Source: Myxococcota bacterium
GTDB lineage: Bacteria; Myxococcota; UBA4151
Reading direction: 5' to 3'
NCBI GenBank assembly: GCA_040260805.1
Contig: JBDQPD010000012.1
Span: 1-46,342 of the forward strand
Length of the DNA: 46,342 bases
The notes under the pieces are model-generated. The model was not told where the DNA came from. It was given only the letters and a program-made list of their open reading frames with translations, and ran no database searches. Below are positions 19,249 through 30,405 of this stretch, piece after piece; the stretch's first letter is position 1; each line of letters opens with the position of its first letter. The position numbers were made by a program, and so were the translations under genes.

Positions 19249-19823
19249 TGCGTCTTCTTGCCCTGATGGTGTTGATGTCCTCGTCGCTCGCAACGGCCGG
19301 CGCGAACCCCGCTGATGGTATCAACTGGTTTACGGTTGGTGACCCTCACAATCTAGCGATGGGTTGGTTCATTATGAACTTTCTCATCTTTGCTGCAGGA
19401 CTTGGCTTTGTGATCCGTGGTCCGATTATGCGCCAAGTGCGCGCACGGGCAGAGCGTTTCGAGGCGCTCCTTCGTGCAGCAGACGAAGCTCGTGAGGCTG
19501 CAGAAAAACGCCAGGCTGAGTTGCAGGCTCGCCTAGACGGCTTATCGCTCGAAATTGATGCGCTCCAGAAGTCTACCGACGAGAAACTTGAGCGTGAAAA
19601 AGTGCTGATCATGGAGAGCGCTGAAACCGAGATCGCCAGGCTACAAAAGAACGCAGAGATCGCTCTTGAGCGTCAGCGGCGTAGCGCCGAACGGCGCCTC
19701 GCAGAGGAAGCTGCTCGGTTGGCTTTCTCGGCAGCGCATCAGCGCGTGACCGAGGCTGTTGATGCCAGCGATCATGAACGCCTCAACGCTGAATTTGTTA
19801 CCGAAGTGGAGGGCGAAGCATGA
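19248..19823 (+). CDS. atpF: ATP synthase Fo subunit b
   Basis: MNFLIF TM segment followed by a long coiled coil; directly before delta. Confidence 0.85.
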   Translation: MRLLALMVLMSSSLATAGANPADGINWFTVGDPHNLAMGWFIMNFLIFAAGLGFVIRGPIMRQVRARAERFEALLRAADEAREAAEKRQAELQARLDGLSLEIDALQKSTDEKLEREKVLIMESAETEIARLQKNAEIALERQRRSAERRLAEEAARLAFSAAHQRVTEAVDASDHERLNAEFVTEVEGEA

Positions 19824-20362
19824 TCCCCGCTGCGATTTCACTTCGGTATGCTCGTGCCTTGGTCGAGCTGGCTGAACAGGTTGATCGTCTCGAAGCCGTC
19901 GCTTCGGGTCTCGAGCAACTCTCGATGCTTTGCGAGGAGCATCACGAACTTCAAGCGGTGATGAATCACCCTGGGTTTTCGGCTCAGCAGCGCACCGCTG
20001 TATTCAACGAGTTAATGAAGCGTTTGAATCTGGATGAGTTACTCCGACCCTTCATGGGGTTGGTGATTGAAAAAGATCGCTTGCCGGCATTGCGCGGCAT
20101 CTCAGGTGCGGTCCAAAATCTGACGGACCAACGGCTTGGACGAGTTCGAGCCTTAGCCGTCAGCGCAAGTGAGTTAAGCGAGGCGCAGCGTCAGGCTGTT
20201 GCTAAAGCGCTCGAGGCTAAAGTCGGTCAAAAGATCGTCCTAGAGGCCGAGGTTGACCCGAGCTTGATCGCTGGTTTGCAGGTGCAGATTGGCAGCGAGC
20301 TTTACGATGGATCTGTGAAGGGGCGCCTTGATCGCCTCGGACGACAACTTTTAGCCAACTGA
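19820..20362 (+). CDS. atpH: ATP synthase F1 delta subunit
   Basis: [27 protein letters not shown]. Confidence 0.93.
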   Translation: MIPAAISLRYARALVELAEQVDRLEAVASGLEQLSMLCEEHHELQAVMNHPGFSAQQRTAVFNELMKRLNLDELLRPFMGLVIEKDRLPALRGISGAVQNLTDQRLGRVRALAVSASELSEAQRQAVAKALEAKVGQKIVLEAEVDPSLIAGLQVQIGSELYDGSVKGRLDRLGRQLLAN

Positions 20363-20402
20363 TGGCTGCAGGGCGAGCTGCCTTGCGATGGAGATGAAGA
20401 AC

Positions 20403-21932
20403 ATGGAGCTTCGTGCAGAAGAGATCAGCCGTATCCTGCGGGACCAGATCGCTGACTTTGACCAGGCAGTCGAGGTCTCGGAGACTGGTAGTGTGCTCAG
20501 CGTCGGTGACGGCGTGGCGCGCGTGTACGGTTTAGACAAAGTGATGGCTGGTGAGCTCGTGCAGTTCGCCAACGGGGTCATGGGCCTTGCGTTGAATCTT
20601 GAAGAAGACAACGTCGGTGTGGTGATCATGGGTTCCGATGCCGAGATTCGTGAAGGTGACCGAGTCACTCGCACGGGCACGATCGCTGACGTTCCTGTCG
20701 GTCCGGAGCTCTTGGGGCGCGTGGTCGACGGTTTGGGCAACGTCATCGATGGTAAGGGTCCTATCGGCGAGCAAAAGCGCAGCCAGATTGAGCTCAAGGC
20801 CCCGGGCATCATCGCTCGTAAGCCAGTTCATGAGCCCATGCAGACGGGCCTGAAGGTGATTGACGCTTTGGTTCCGATCGGCCGTGGTCAGCGTGAGTTG
20901 ATCATTGGCGATCGCCAGACCGGTAAGACCGCTGTGGCGATCGACGCCATCATCAATCAAAAGAACACCGGCGTGAAATGCATTTACGTCGCTATTGGTC
21001 AAAAGCGCTCGACCGTCGCTCAGGTGGTTGAGAAGTTGCGCCTCAATGGTGCGCTTGATTACACCATCATCGTCGCAGCTTGTGCTTCGGACCCCGCACC
21101 GATGCAGTTCCTTGCTGCCTACACCGGTTGCGCCATGGGTGAGTACTATCGCGACAACGGCGAGCACGCCCTGATCATTTATGATGACCTGAGTAAGCAG
21201 GCGGTGGCTTATCGTCAGATTTCGCTGCTGCTTCGTCGTCCCCCGGGCCGTGAAGCGTACCCTGGTGATGTCTTTTACTTGCACAGCCGCCTCCTCGAGC
21301 GCGCCGCAAAGCTTAGCGATGACCTCGGTGGAGGGTCGTTAACGGCGCTTCCGATCATCGAAACCCAAGCGGGTGACGTCTCGGCGTACATTCCGACCAA
21401 CGTGATTTCGATTACCGATGGTCAGATCTTCCTTGAGGCTGATCTCTTCAACGCAGGCGTTCGCCCGGCGATTAACCCCGGTATTTCGGTGTCTCGTGTG
21501 GGTGGCGCAGCGCAGAAGAAGATCATGAAGAAGATCTCAGGCACGTTGCGCCTCGAGCTTGCTCAGTTCCGTGAACTTGCCGCTTTCGCCCAGTTCGGTT
21601 CGGACTTGGATAAAGCGACGCAGGATCAGTTGGCTCGTGGTGAGCGCTTGGTTGAGACGCTCAAACAGGGCCAGTATAAGCCTCAACGAGTTGGCATTCA
21701 GGTCTGCTGCATCTTTGCAGCAACCAGCCGTGAAACCGCTGACTCGCCGGATTCCTTCGTTCGTCACATCGAGACCAAAGACATCGTTCGCTTTATGCAG
21801 GACCTTGAGACCTCGCTCGAAGAGAACAGCATCGAGCTGCTCGATGAGATCGAGAAGGTTGGTGAGTTGACGGTCGAGATTCGCACTCAGATTGAAACCG
21901 CTCTGCGTAAGTTCAAGAGCAACTGGTCCTAA
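20403..21932 (+). CDS. atpA: ATP synthase F1 alpha subunit
   Basis: [38 protein letters not shown]. Alternative start 20388. Confidence 0.98.
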   Translation: MELRAEEISRILRDQIADFDQAVEVSETGSVLSVGDGVARVYGLDKVMAGELVQFANGVMGLALNLEEDNVGVVIMGSDAEIREGDRVTRTGTIADVPVGPELLGRVVDGLGNVIDGKGPIGEQKRSQIELKAPGIIARKPVHEPMQTGLKVIDALVPIGRGQRELIIGDRQTGKTAVAIDAIINQKNTGVKCIYVAIGQKRSTVAQVVEKLRLNGALDYTIIVAACASDPAPMQFLAAYTGCAMGEYYRDNGEHALIIYDDLSKQAVAYRQISLLLRRPPGREAYPGDVFYLHSRLLERAAKLSDDLGGGSLTALPIIETQAGDVSAYIPTNVISITDGQIFLEADLFNAGVRPAINPGISVSRVGGAAQKKIMKKISGTLRLELAQFRELAAFAQFGSDLDKATQDQLARGERLVETLKQGQYKPQRVGIQVCCIFAATSRETADSPDSFVRHIETKDIVRFMQDLETSLEENSIELLDEIEKVGELTVEIRTQIETALRKFKSNWS

Positions 21933-21956
21933 GACCCCGTTCTAGGGAGGTGAATC

Positions 21957-22817
21957 ATGGCGTCTTTGCGCGACATCCGTAAGCGGATCAAGTCGGTCAA
22001 AAACACCCAGAAAATCACCAAAGCGATGAAGATGGTCGCGGCCGCGAAGCTGCGCCGTGCGCAGGATGCTGCGGACGCCGCTCAGCACTACGCTGACGGC
22101 TATCGTCATCTGATGCAAAGCGTGGCGGCGATGGTCGATGCGGGTGATCATGAGCTGCTCGCTGAGCGACCAAATGCTCAACGAGCAGCGGTGATTGTGC
22201 TGACCTCGAGCCGTGGTTTGTGCGGTGGCTTCAACAGCAATGTGCTCAAGAAGCTCGCCCGGTTTATGGGCGATGAAGGCGCTGCTTACGACGAGGTCTC
22301 TGTGATCACGATCGGGCGCAAAGCGGCTGAAAATGTTGCTCGGCGTTATCAGCACGAGGCAGACCTCACCGAAGCCTTCGCGCAAGGTGATGAGGTTGAA
22401 GAAGCTCGGCAGCTGATTCAGCGTCTGTCTCAGCGATTTGTCGACGGCGAACTAGACCACGTCTACGTGCTGTATAACCGCTTCGTGTCAGTGATGACTC
22501 AAGAGCCGTCGATGACGCGCATGCTGCCGACGCAGCTTCCTGAGAATGCGGAGGAGCTGGATACCCAAGTGTTGATCGAACCGGATTCGAAAACTCTTGT
22601 GGACCACGTGCTTCAGCAACAGCTGTTTCTGACGTTGTATCAAGCGGTTCTAGACACCGAAGCTGGTGAGCATGCCGCACGCATGACCTCCATGGACGGT
22701 GCGACGAAGAACGCGGGTGAGATGATCGACAAGATGACCCTGATTTATAACCGGGCTCGTCAGGCAGCGATCACAAGTGAACTTGTAGAAATTATCAGTG
22801 GCGCTGAGGCGCTTTGA
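21957..22817 (+). CDS. atpG: ATP synthase F1 gamma subunit
   Basis: KITKAMKMVAAAK, RGLCG.FN, NRARQAAIT.EL.EI.SGA. Confidence 0.98.
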   Translation: MASLRDIRKRIKSVKNTQKITKAMKMVAAAKLRRAQDAADAAQHYADGYRHLMQSVAAMVDAGDHELLAERPNAQRAAVIVLTSSRGLCGGFNSNVLKKLARFMGDEGAAYDEVSVITIGRKAAENVARRYQHEADLTEAFAQGDEVEEARQLIQRLSQRFVDGELDHVYVLYNRFVSVMTQEPSMTRMLPTQLPENAEELDTQVLIEPDSKTLVDHVLQQQLFLTLYQAVLDTEAGEHAARMTSMDGATKNAGEMIDKMTLIYNRARQAAITSELVEIISGAEAL

Positions 22818-22822
22818 GTTAG

Positions 22823-24277
<1,455 letters not shown>

Positions 24278-24307
24278 GCGGTTCGGTTGAGACGCTAGGA
24301 GATCCCG

Positions 24308-24715
24308 ATGAGTAAACTTCAATTACGCATGATCGTGCCAGGCGCTGTACCGCTTGAGCGCGAAGCTGACGAGGTCACCTTGGTCGGGACGGATGGAGTG
24401 TTTACCATTCTTCCCAATCACACGGCGCTTTTGTCTCGGCTCAAGCCTGGCTTGGTCCGGATTGCAGTCGGTAACGAAGAAGAGAAGTTCGCGCTCGGAA
24501 ATGGCGTCTGCGAAGTGGTCGGCGATCGGGTGACGGTTCTGGCAAACCGTCTCTTAGAGTGGGGTGATCTTCGGGCCTCTCGCGCTCGCAAGATGGTCGA
24601 AAAGGCTCAGGCTGAGGTCGACGCAGTGGCTGGACCTTCGGACCCAGAGTGGCAAGCTGCGCAAGAGAATTTAGCGTGGGCTCAAGCCTGCCAGGCGACT
24701 ACCGAGTCGCACTAG
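24308..24715 (+). CDS. atpC: ATP synthase F1 epsilon subunit
   Basis: G.F.ILPNH.ALL..L.PG, VTVLA; last gene of the cluster. Confidence 0.92.
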   Translation: MSKLQLRMIVPGAVPLEREADEVTLVGTDGVFTILPNHTALLSRLKPGLVRIAVGNEEEKFALGNGVCEVVGDRVTVLANRLLEWGDLRASRARKMVEKAQAEVDAVAGPSDPEWQAAQENLAWAQACQATTESH

Positions 24716-24767
24716 CTTGGCAAGTCAACGTTTGACAGTCGAGTCGGCGTGATTCAGCGTTCGGGCT

Positions 24768-25298
24768 ATGAAACGACCTAGCGATGGCTCGAAACCGGTA
24801 GACGTAAACGATCTTCAGAAGCGCCTGGAAGAACTTCGGCGCGCCTGGGATCGTTATTTTCAGGGTATCGACCGTGTCCCGCCGGTTCCGATTCGCGAGA
24901 AGCTCGGCCGTGAACTCAACCGAGCTCGGGTGCGACGAGATCTGCTCAGCACGGATCGGTTTCGGCTGCAGCAAGTGCAGCAACGGTTCAACAGTTACGG
25001 CCGTTTGTGGGACCGCCAAATGCGCGAGATCGAGGCGGGTACGTTTAAGCGACACCTCGCTAAAGCCGACCGAAAGCGTTCGGCTAAAGCTAAAGATCCA
25101 GACTCGGCGACCTTTGAAGCCTATGGCAAGCTCTGCAAGGAAGCTGGAATACAAGCGCCTAATCGCTCTGATTTCCTCGCCAAGCTCGCCTCAAAACGTG
25201 AGGCGCTCGAGTCGAAACACGGTCACGCTGTCCGATTTGATGTGCGCGACAAAGACGGTCGGCCCTCGTTGATGGTAATCAAAGCGGACCAGGACTGA
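24768..25298 (+). CDS. Hypothetical protein resembling the myxobacterial MXAN_5187 C-terminal domain
   Basis: YFQGIDRVPP, RFRL, RFNSY.RLWDR..REIE.GT and C-terminal VRFDV..KDGR; similarity recalled, not searched. Confidence 0.6.
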   Translation: MKRPSDGSKPVDVNDLQKRLEELRRAWDRYFQGIDRVPPVPIREKLGRELNRARVRRDLLSTDRFRLQQVQQRFNSYGRLWDRQMREIEAGTFKRHLAKADRKRSAKAKDPDSATFEAYGKLCKEAGIQAPNRSDFLAKLASKREALESKHGHAVRFDVRDKDGRPSLMVIKADQD

Positions 25299-26029
25299 TG
25301 CTTCTAGCGGGGATGGCGGGGGCTGCCTTTCTTGCCGCTTACCTCAGCGCAGCGGTGGGTATTGGCGGTGGAACGCTGTTCATCGTTTTGCTCTATCTCA
25401 TCGTGCCGCCACAGCTCGCCCTGCCTCTGCATGGGGCTGTTCAACTTTTTAACAACGCGGCGCGTCTGGTTGTCTTTCGTGAGCACATTATCTGGCCGAT
25501 TGCGCGTGCCTTTGTGATTGCGGTCATCCCAGCGGTGGCGCTGGGTTGGTATTTACTGGGCGTGCTGGATTCCGACTGGCTCAAAGGCTTACTCGGTCTT
25601 TATGTCTTGTATGCTGTTGCTCGACCGCTAGCCAAAGACCGTGCGCCAACTGCCGGTGGTTGGACAGCGATTGGCGCAACCGCAAGTCTGAGTTCGATGC
25701 TGGTCGGGGCAGCGGACCCGGTCATTGCTCCCTTTTTTATGAACGATCGTTACGCCCGGAATCAGGTGATCGCCACCAAGGCTATCTGCCAGCTGTCGAC
25801 GCATATCCCTAAGGTGGCCTTTTTTGTCGTGCTCGGCCAACAGACCTTTGAATTTTCGTACTCCGCTTACCTAGTCGAACTGACGCTCATGTGCGGCACT
25901 GTGTTGGTGGGGATTTGGGCTGGTAGGCGCACGGTCATCAGTGATCTTTTCTTTCGACGAGCCTATCGCCTGCTCTTAGCGATCCTTGGTTTACGTCTTC
26001 TGACCGACTCAATGACTCGTTTGCTCTAG
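25298..26029 (+). CDS. Sulfite exporter TauE/SafE (TSUP) family membrane protein
   Basis: GIGGG motif after TM1, about 8 TM helices, two-repeat topology. Confidence 0.8.
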   Translation: MLLAGMAGAAFLAAYLSAAVGIGGGTLFIVLLYLIVPPQLALPLHGAVQLFNNAARLVVFREHIIWPIARAFVIAVIPAVALGWYLLGVLDSDWLKGLLGLYVLYAVARPLAKDRAPTAGGWTAIGATASLSSMLVGAADPVIAPFFMNDRYARNQVIATKAICQLSTHIPKVAFFVVLGQQTFEFSYSAYLVELTLMCGTVLVGIWAGRRTVISDLFFRRAYRLLLAILGLRLLTDSMTRLL

Positions 26030-26115
26030 TTTGGAGTGGGCTCTCAGGCGCAACTAGCACTTGTGTGAGGGCTCGGAGTCCATCACAATGCGGACCAAAG
26101 AAATGGAGCATCTTC

Positions 26116-28014
26116 ATGCTACGCATTGCTGTGACGACTCTTTGTGTTTTGGCACTCGCTCAGACCGGGCAGGCTCAAGAAGCTGAGGCTGCTGAAACGA
26201 CCGTGAAGGCTGAGGCTACCAAGCCTGAAGCAGTGGATCCTAAGAAGGATGCAAAGGCTGATAAGAAGGCGGATGCCAAAGACGAGAAGAAAGAATCGGT
26301 CGTGGAGGAAATGTCTAAGGCTGTCGATGCTAACGCCAAGCCCGCTGACGGTGAGGCCAAGCCCGCTGACGGTGACGCTAAGCCTGCTGACGGTGAGGCC
26401 AAGCCCGCTGACGGTGACGCCAAGCCCGCTGACGGTGACGCCAAGCCCGCTGATGGTGACGCCAAGCCCGCTGATGGTGACGCCAAGCCCGCTGATGGTG
26501 ACAAGGCTAAGGAGAAGAAAGAGCCGGTTGAGAAGCTCCCCTTTATCAAGGGTGATTTGACCTCCGCAGGTGCCAACGTTCGAATTCCGCCGCGCAGCGA
26601 GTATGGCGTTCGTCTAGGCGTCGATACGATCGGCGAAGACATCTTCTTGAAGGTCAGTCCGCAGATCCATCTGATCAAGAAGCGCTGGCGCCTGGGCTTT
26701 CACCTGCCGCTTCGCGCGCCGCTGTACAGCACCCGCGCCGAAGTCTCGACCTTGCTCAGCGATCAAACCTTCACGATTCGCCAAGAAGACTACGATCAAG
26801 CGGAAGATTTCATCGCCGCCATTTTGTATGCTCAATACGGGAACAAAGAAGATCCGGTTTATTTGAGCGTGAGCCGAGTGGGCGCAGCGAGCTTGGGACA
26901 CGGAACGGTCATGCGCCGCTTCAACCCAAACCTGACCACGGACACGACCTATACGTCGGTTGGCTTAGACGCCTACACCAAACATGGTGGGTTCCAGGCC
27001 TTCGCGTCGTCGGTTCCTAACCCTTACCTTTGGGGTGTGCTGGGCTTCATCAAGCCTGTGGGCGCGATCAGCGATGCAGACCCTGCAAAGAGCCCAGCTG
27101 GCTTGCGGAGTTTGAGTGTGGGGCTCGTTCATGTTCAGGATCGTGAGGCGCCTGAGAGCCTGAACCGCAATGGCAGCTTACTCAACCTGGACATCGACAA
27201 TGGCTATCTGCCCATCGTTGATTCAGCCGGCGCCGTCTCGGCGACGGGTGTGAGCGCCGAGTACAAGTTCTACAAGAGCGCTGACGCCAAGACCGACCTC
27301 AAAACCTATCTCGACATCAGCAACCTCGGCGTTGAAAATGGAGTGTCTGGCATGGGCTATTCGCTGGGTGGTTTGGCTCGACTCAACTTTGGCTCGGGCA
27401 AGAACACGACAGCGATGCGCTTTCGCCTCGAAGGTCGTATGTTTGAAGCGGGCTTCGTGCCCACCTACTTCGACAGCCTGTACGCTCAGCAGCGCTATCA
27501 GTTTGCGTCCGTGTCTGATGCAGACGGAAACCTCTCGACGCCCACCAAAATGGTGTGGCTCAACGGCCTGACGTCCGGAGCAGACGCCGATAAGATGCGC
27601 ATGGGTTACTTCGTCGATTGGGCCTACGCCAAGCCACAAGCCTATGGTCTTCAAGTCAGCTACGAGAACGCCTCGATTCAGGGCGGCTCAAGCGATGACA
27701 ACCGCTATCAGCATCTGATGGTTCACGCCGAAATGCCGCTGCTCTTCCTAGAGGTCTTTGGCACCTACCACTTGCGTGGCTTTGGCACCTTTGATGAAGC
27801 GTTCAAGCTTGAACAAGACAACGAGATCCTCGTCGGCGCAGTGCGCTGGAAGCTGTTCCCATTCCTGGCGTTCAATGTGCGGGCGCAGAAGAACTTCAGC
27901 ACCGCCTCTTATGGTTCGGGTGTTAACTCCCAGATTCGTCAGTCCTCGATCGAGGGCGGCTTTAAGAACGTTTGGGATTACGGCGTCGATTGTCAGATCG
28001 GCGCACATTACTAG
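26116..28014 (+). CDS. Putative outer-membrane beta-barrel protein with N-terminal charged repeat region
   Basis: GGAG SD, signal peptide ending GQA, alternating amphipathic beta-strands, C-terminal aromatic residue (IGAHY). Confidence 0.7.
   Translation: MLRIAVTTLCVLALAQTGQAQEAEAAETTVKAEATKPEAVDPKKDAKADKKADAKDEKKESVVEEMSKAVDANAKPADGEAKPADGDAKPADGEAKPADGDAKPADGDAKPADGDAKPADGDAKPADGDKAKEKKEPVEKLPFIKGDLTSAGANVRIPPRSEYGVRLGVDTIGEDIFLKVSPQIHLIKKRWRLGFHLPLRAPLYSTRAEVSTLLSDQTFTIRQEDYDQAEDFIAAILYAQYGNKEDPVYLSVSRVGAASLGHGTVMRRFNPNLTTDTTYTSVGLDAYTKHGGFQAFASSVPNPYLWGVLGFIKPVGAISDADPAKSPAGLRSLSVGLVHVQDREAPESLNRNGSLLNLDIDNGYLPIVDSAGAVSATGVSAEYKFYKSADAKTDLKTYLDISNLGVENGVSGMGYSLGGLARLNFGSGKNTTAMRFRLEGRMFEAGFVPTYFDSLYAQQRYQFASVSDADGNLSTPTKMVWLNGLTSGADADKMRMGYFVDWAYAKPQAYGLQVSYENASIQGGSSDDNRYQHLMVHAEMPLLFLEVFGTYHLRGFGTFDEAFKLEQDNEILVGAVRWKLFPFLAFNVRAQKNFSTASYGSGVNSQIRQSSIEGGFKNVWDYGVDCQIGAHY
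26335..26502 (+). repeat. 21-bp tandem repeat x8 (AKPADG[D/E])
   Basis: Unit GCYAAGCCYGCTGAYGGTGAS read directly, eight consecutive copies. Confidence 0.95.
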
Positions 28015-28045
28015 GTTCAAAAAGGAACCTGAAAGTCCTGTCGCT

Positions 28046-28636
28046 ATGCCCACTGAACTCGAAGAGTTTCTCGCATCAGTTCGCGCAGTTGACGAACTTG
28101 AGGGCAGCATCGCTGCGCTCGAGTTGCTCGATGCGCAGGTGTATGAGGATGACGCCTTGTATCACAGCGCGCGCGGGACACTTTTAGCTCGGTCGGGTGC
28201 GTTTTCTGCGTCGGTAGTTGCCTTTGAGTCGTGCTGTGAGCTTGAGCCGGAGACGGCATCTTATCGAGCCAGTTTGGGCATGGCCTTGCTTGATCAAGCC
28301 TTGGGCTACCATCTCGATCAACCTCTTGATGAACCCGGTATTCAGGCGGCTCAAGATCAACTCGAGCAGGCAGTCCAGCTCGACGGACAGCTCGGCTATG
28401 CCTTGGCTGGACTCGGCTTTGCCCACCATCTCTTAGGTGATCTCGAGAGCGGACTGCGGTGCTTGGATCAAGCGATCCAAATCGAACCGACCTTGGTGAT
28501 GGCTTGGTATCACCGAGGTGAGCTGCTCAAATCCAGAGGTAGCGAAGCGGAAGCGGCGCGCAGCTTGCGCGAGGCGTTGCGCTTAGACCCGAATTGCGAG
28601 CCTGCGCGAGCTAGCCTGGATGATTTGGCGACCTAG
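28046..28636 (+). CDS. Tetratricopeptide-repeat protein
   Basis: Repeated TPR helices ending ELEP, QIEP, RLDP (e.g. AWYHRGELL). Confidence 0.8.
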   Translation: MPTELEEFLASVRAVDELEGSIAALELLDAQVYEDDALYHSARGTLLARSGAFSASVVAFESCCELEPETASYRASLGMALLDQALGYHLDQPLDEPGIQAAQDQLEQAVQLDGQLGYALAGLGFAHHLLGDLESGLRCLDQAIQIEPTLVMAWYHRGELLKSRGSEAEAARSLREALRLDPNCEPARASLDDLAT

Positions 28637-29046
28637 TCTCGACGCTTCTTGCGCTTAAAGACGACTGAGCCTGGTTTGCTGCCGCTGTCGATCTTCAGGT
28701 CTTTGGTTCGGCGTTTGATGTTTTTCTCAACCCCAAGCTGCTCGTACAGATCCGGACCACCACCTTCGCTCGGCGGCGCTTCGGCGCCGGGCAAGTGGAT
28801 ATCCAAAATGGTCGCAGCGCAGTCTCTGCACATCACCTTTTCACGGCGCCGAGGGACAAAGGGTATCCGGTCCTCTTTGCCACATTCGCTGCAGGTGATG
28901 ACCGTCGCGACGCGCGTATCGTGTTCATTGCGTGGGGCGCGGTCGCGCTTGCGCGCTTGGGCCTGACGACCGTAACGTTCGACGCAGGCACGACAAACCG
29001 CTTCTCGGCCATCGAGTTCAGTTTCGTCGCAGATCAAACAGCTCAT
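28633..29046 (-). CDS. Zinc-ribbon protein with CxxC-x17-CxxC domain
   Basis: CSECGKEDRIPFVPRRREKVMCRDC plus N-terminal CLIC...CRAC; basic C-terminus. Confidence 0.75.
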   Translation of the reverse strand: MSCLICDETELDGREAVCRACVERYGRQAQARKRDRAPRNEHDTRVATVITCSECGKEDRIPFVPRRREKVMCRDCAATILDIHLPGAEAPPSEGGGPDLYEQLGVEKNIKRRTKDLKIDSGSKPGSVVFKRKKRRD

Positions 29047-29096
29047 TGCCGAGATACCTCATTTCGGTGAACGCTTAGCGCCCGCTCGGAGGTTTC

Positions 29097-29804
29097 TTGT
29101 CAAGCGCCATCGCCCTTCTTGCCTTGCAACTCGTCGTGCTCGACCCAGGGCATGGTGGGCGGCAGCCGGGTGCGGTGGCGAAGGATGGAACGCCTGAGAA
29201 GAGTATCTGCTTGGCGGTTGCGTTGCGGGTGGCTCGACTGCTGCAAAAAGAACCCAACATCCGTGTATTGCTGACTCGTCGGGAAGATCAAACGCTCGGT
29301 TTGTCGCAGCGCGCCGAAATCGCTAACCGACTCAAGCCGGCTGTTTTTATCTCGATTCATGTCAACTCATCGCCGCGGACATCGGCTAAAGGTGTTGAGA
29401 CCTACTATCTGAGCAGCACCCACAGTGATCGCAGGTCGCGCCTGCTGGCAAAGCGCGAGAACGCTGATCTTATCCAGACCGAGAAGGCGCCCACGGGTGT
29501 GCTCGATCAGATTTTGAAAGATGCCGATACCGGTCGGATGATTGGTGAATCGGCCCGCTTGGCCCGCTTGATCCAAAATAGGATGGTCGACGCGGTTGGG
29601 GGAACGGACCGTTCGGTGCGGCAAGCGCCCTTTGCTGTTTTGGTTCGCTCAGGTGCCGCTGCGGCCTTGGTGGAGCTTGGTTTCCTGAGCAATGTGAGCG
29701 AGCTACGCAAGCTCAAAACATCGACGCATCAAGACCGTTTGGCGCTGGGTATCGCCACAGCGATCCAATCGTTCCTGAGCGGCAAGCAGCCCCGCTCGGA
29801 GTAG
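29097..29804 (+). CDS. N-acetylmuramoyl-L-alanine amidase (Amidase_3, catalytic domain only)
   Basis: LDPGHGG, EK, LTR, ISIHVN, LAKREN regulatory helix, LVELGFLSN. Confidence 0.92.
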   Translation: MSSAIALLALQLVVLDPGHGGRQPGAVAKDGTPEKSICLAVALRVARLLQKEPNIRVLLTRREDQTLGLSQRAEIANRLKPAVFISIHVNSSPRTSAKGVETYYLSSTHSDRRSRLLAKRENADLIQTEKAPTGVLDQILKDADTGRMIGESARLARLIQNRMVDAVGGTDRSVRQAPFAVLVRSGAAAALVELGFLSNVSELRKLKTSTHQDRLALGIATAIQSFLSGKQPRSE

Positions 29805-29805
29805 A

Positions 29806-30405
29806 TTACTGAGCGAGCGCCGTTCGCTTTGTGAACAGCAGGCTGAGCAGGTCGCTGACGGGTTGATAGCGGCCGACAAACGCTCGCCGCGAGCCAAGGT
29901 GACTGAGCCAAAGGTGAGACCAGTCCGAGTTAAGATACACGGTGAGGTCCTGTTCGTTGCCATCGGTGACGACCAGTAATGGACCGTCTTGAGACGCAAG
30001 GTGCTCATCGATCGATTCACGTGCGCTGAAGGTCAGCACTCGCGGTTTACGTGGTGCAAATTCGGTAGCCAGCTCGGCGACCCCGAGTCGCCGACGCACC
30101 ATCACACGTTGACCGAGCGCTTTGAGCTGATCGACCAGGTGACGATGGGGTGTGGCGACCAGCGGATCGCCGCGAACCAAAACAACAGTTGGATTCGCTT
30201 GCGCCGTCTTGATTTGTTCCGCCAAGGCAAGCGGCCAGTCCTTAACCGGGCATCCTACCGTCTGACTCAATTCTTCCGAACTCGGCATCAAGCCGGTCCA
30301 GCGGTCGACAAACCAATGCCAGTCTCCCGGCAAGACGGGTAGATCGTCACCGGGATCGCCTGCTCGACAGCCGGCTAAAACAAAATCAACTCGCCGGTCA
30401 GTCAC
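29806..30405 (-). CDS. Tetrapyrrole-methylase-superfamily protein resembling diphthine synthase (Dph5-like, degenerate)
   Basis: VVLVRGDPLVATPH motif plus collinear blocks FVDRWTGLM, LLVVTD, LSHLGS; start overlaps the end of the metallophosphoesterase gene. Confidence 0.6.
   Translation of the reverse strand: MTDRRVDFVLAGCRAGDPGDDLPVLPGDWHWFVDRWTGLMPSSEELSQTVGCPVKDWPLALAEQIKTAQANPTVVLVRGDPLVATPHRHLVDQLKALGQRVMVRRRLGVAELATEFAPRKPRVLTFSARESIDEHLASQDGPLLVVTDGNEQDLTVYLNSDWSHLWLSHLGSRRAFVGRYQPVSDLLSLLFTKRTALAQ

Noticed and set aside
20532..21284. Long antisense ORFs over atpA, batD, hppA, the phosphoesterase and the protease
   Set aside because: Typical shadow ORFs from codon bias in GC-rich genes; no motifs or ribosome-binding sites.
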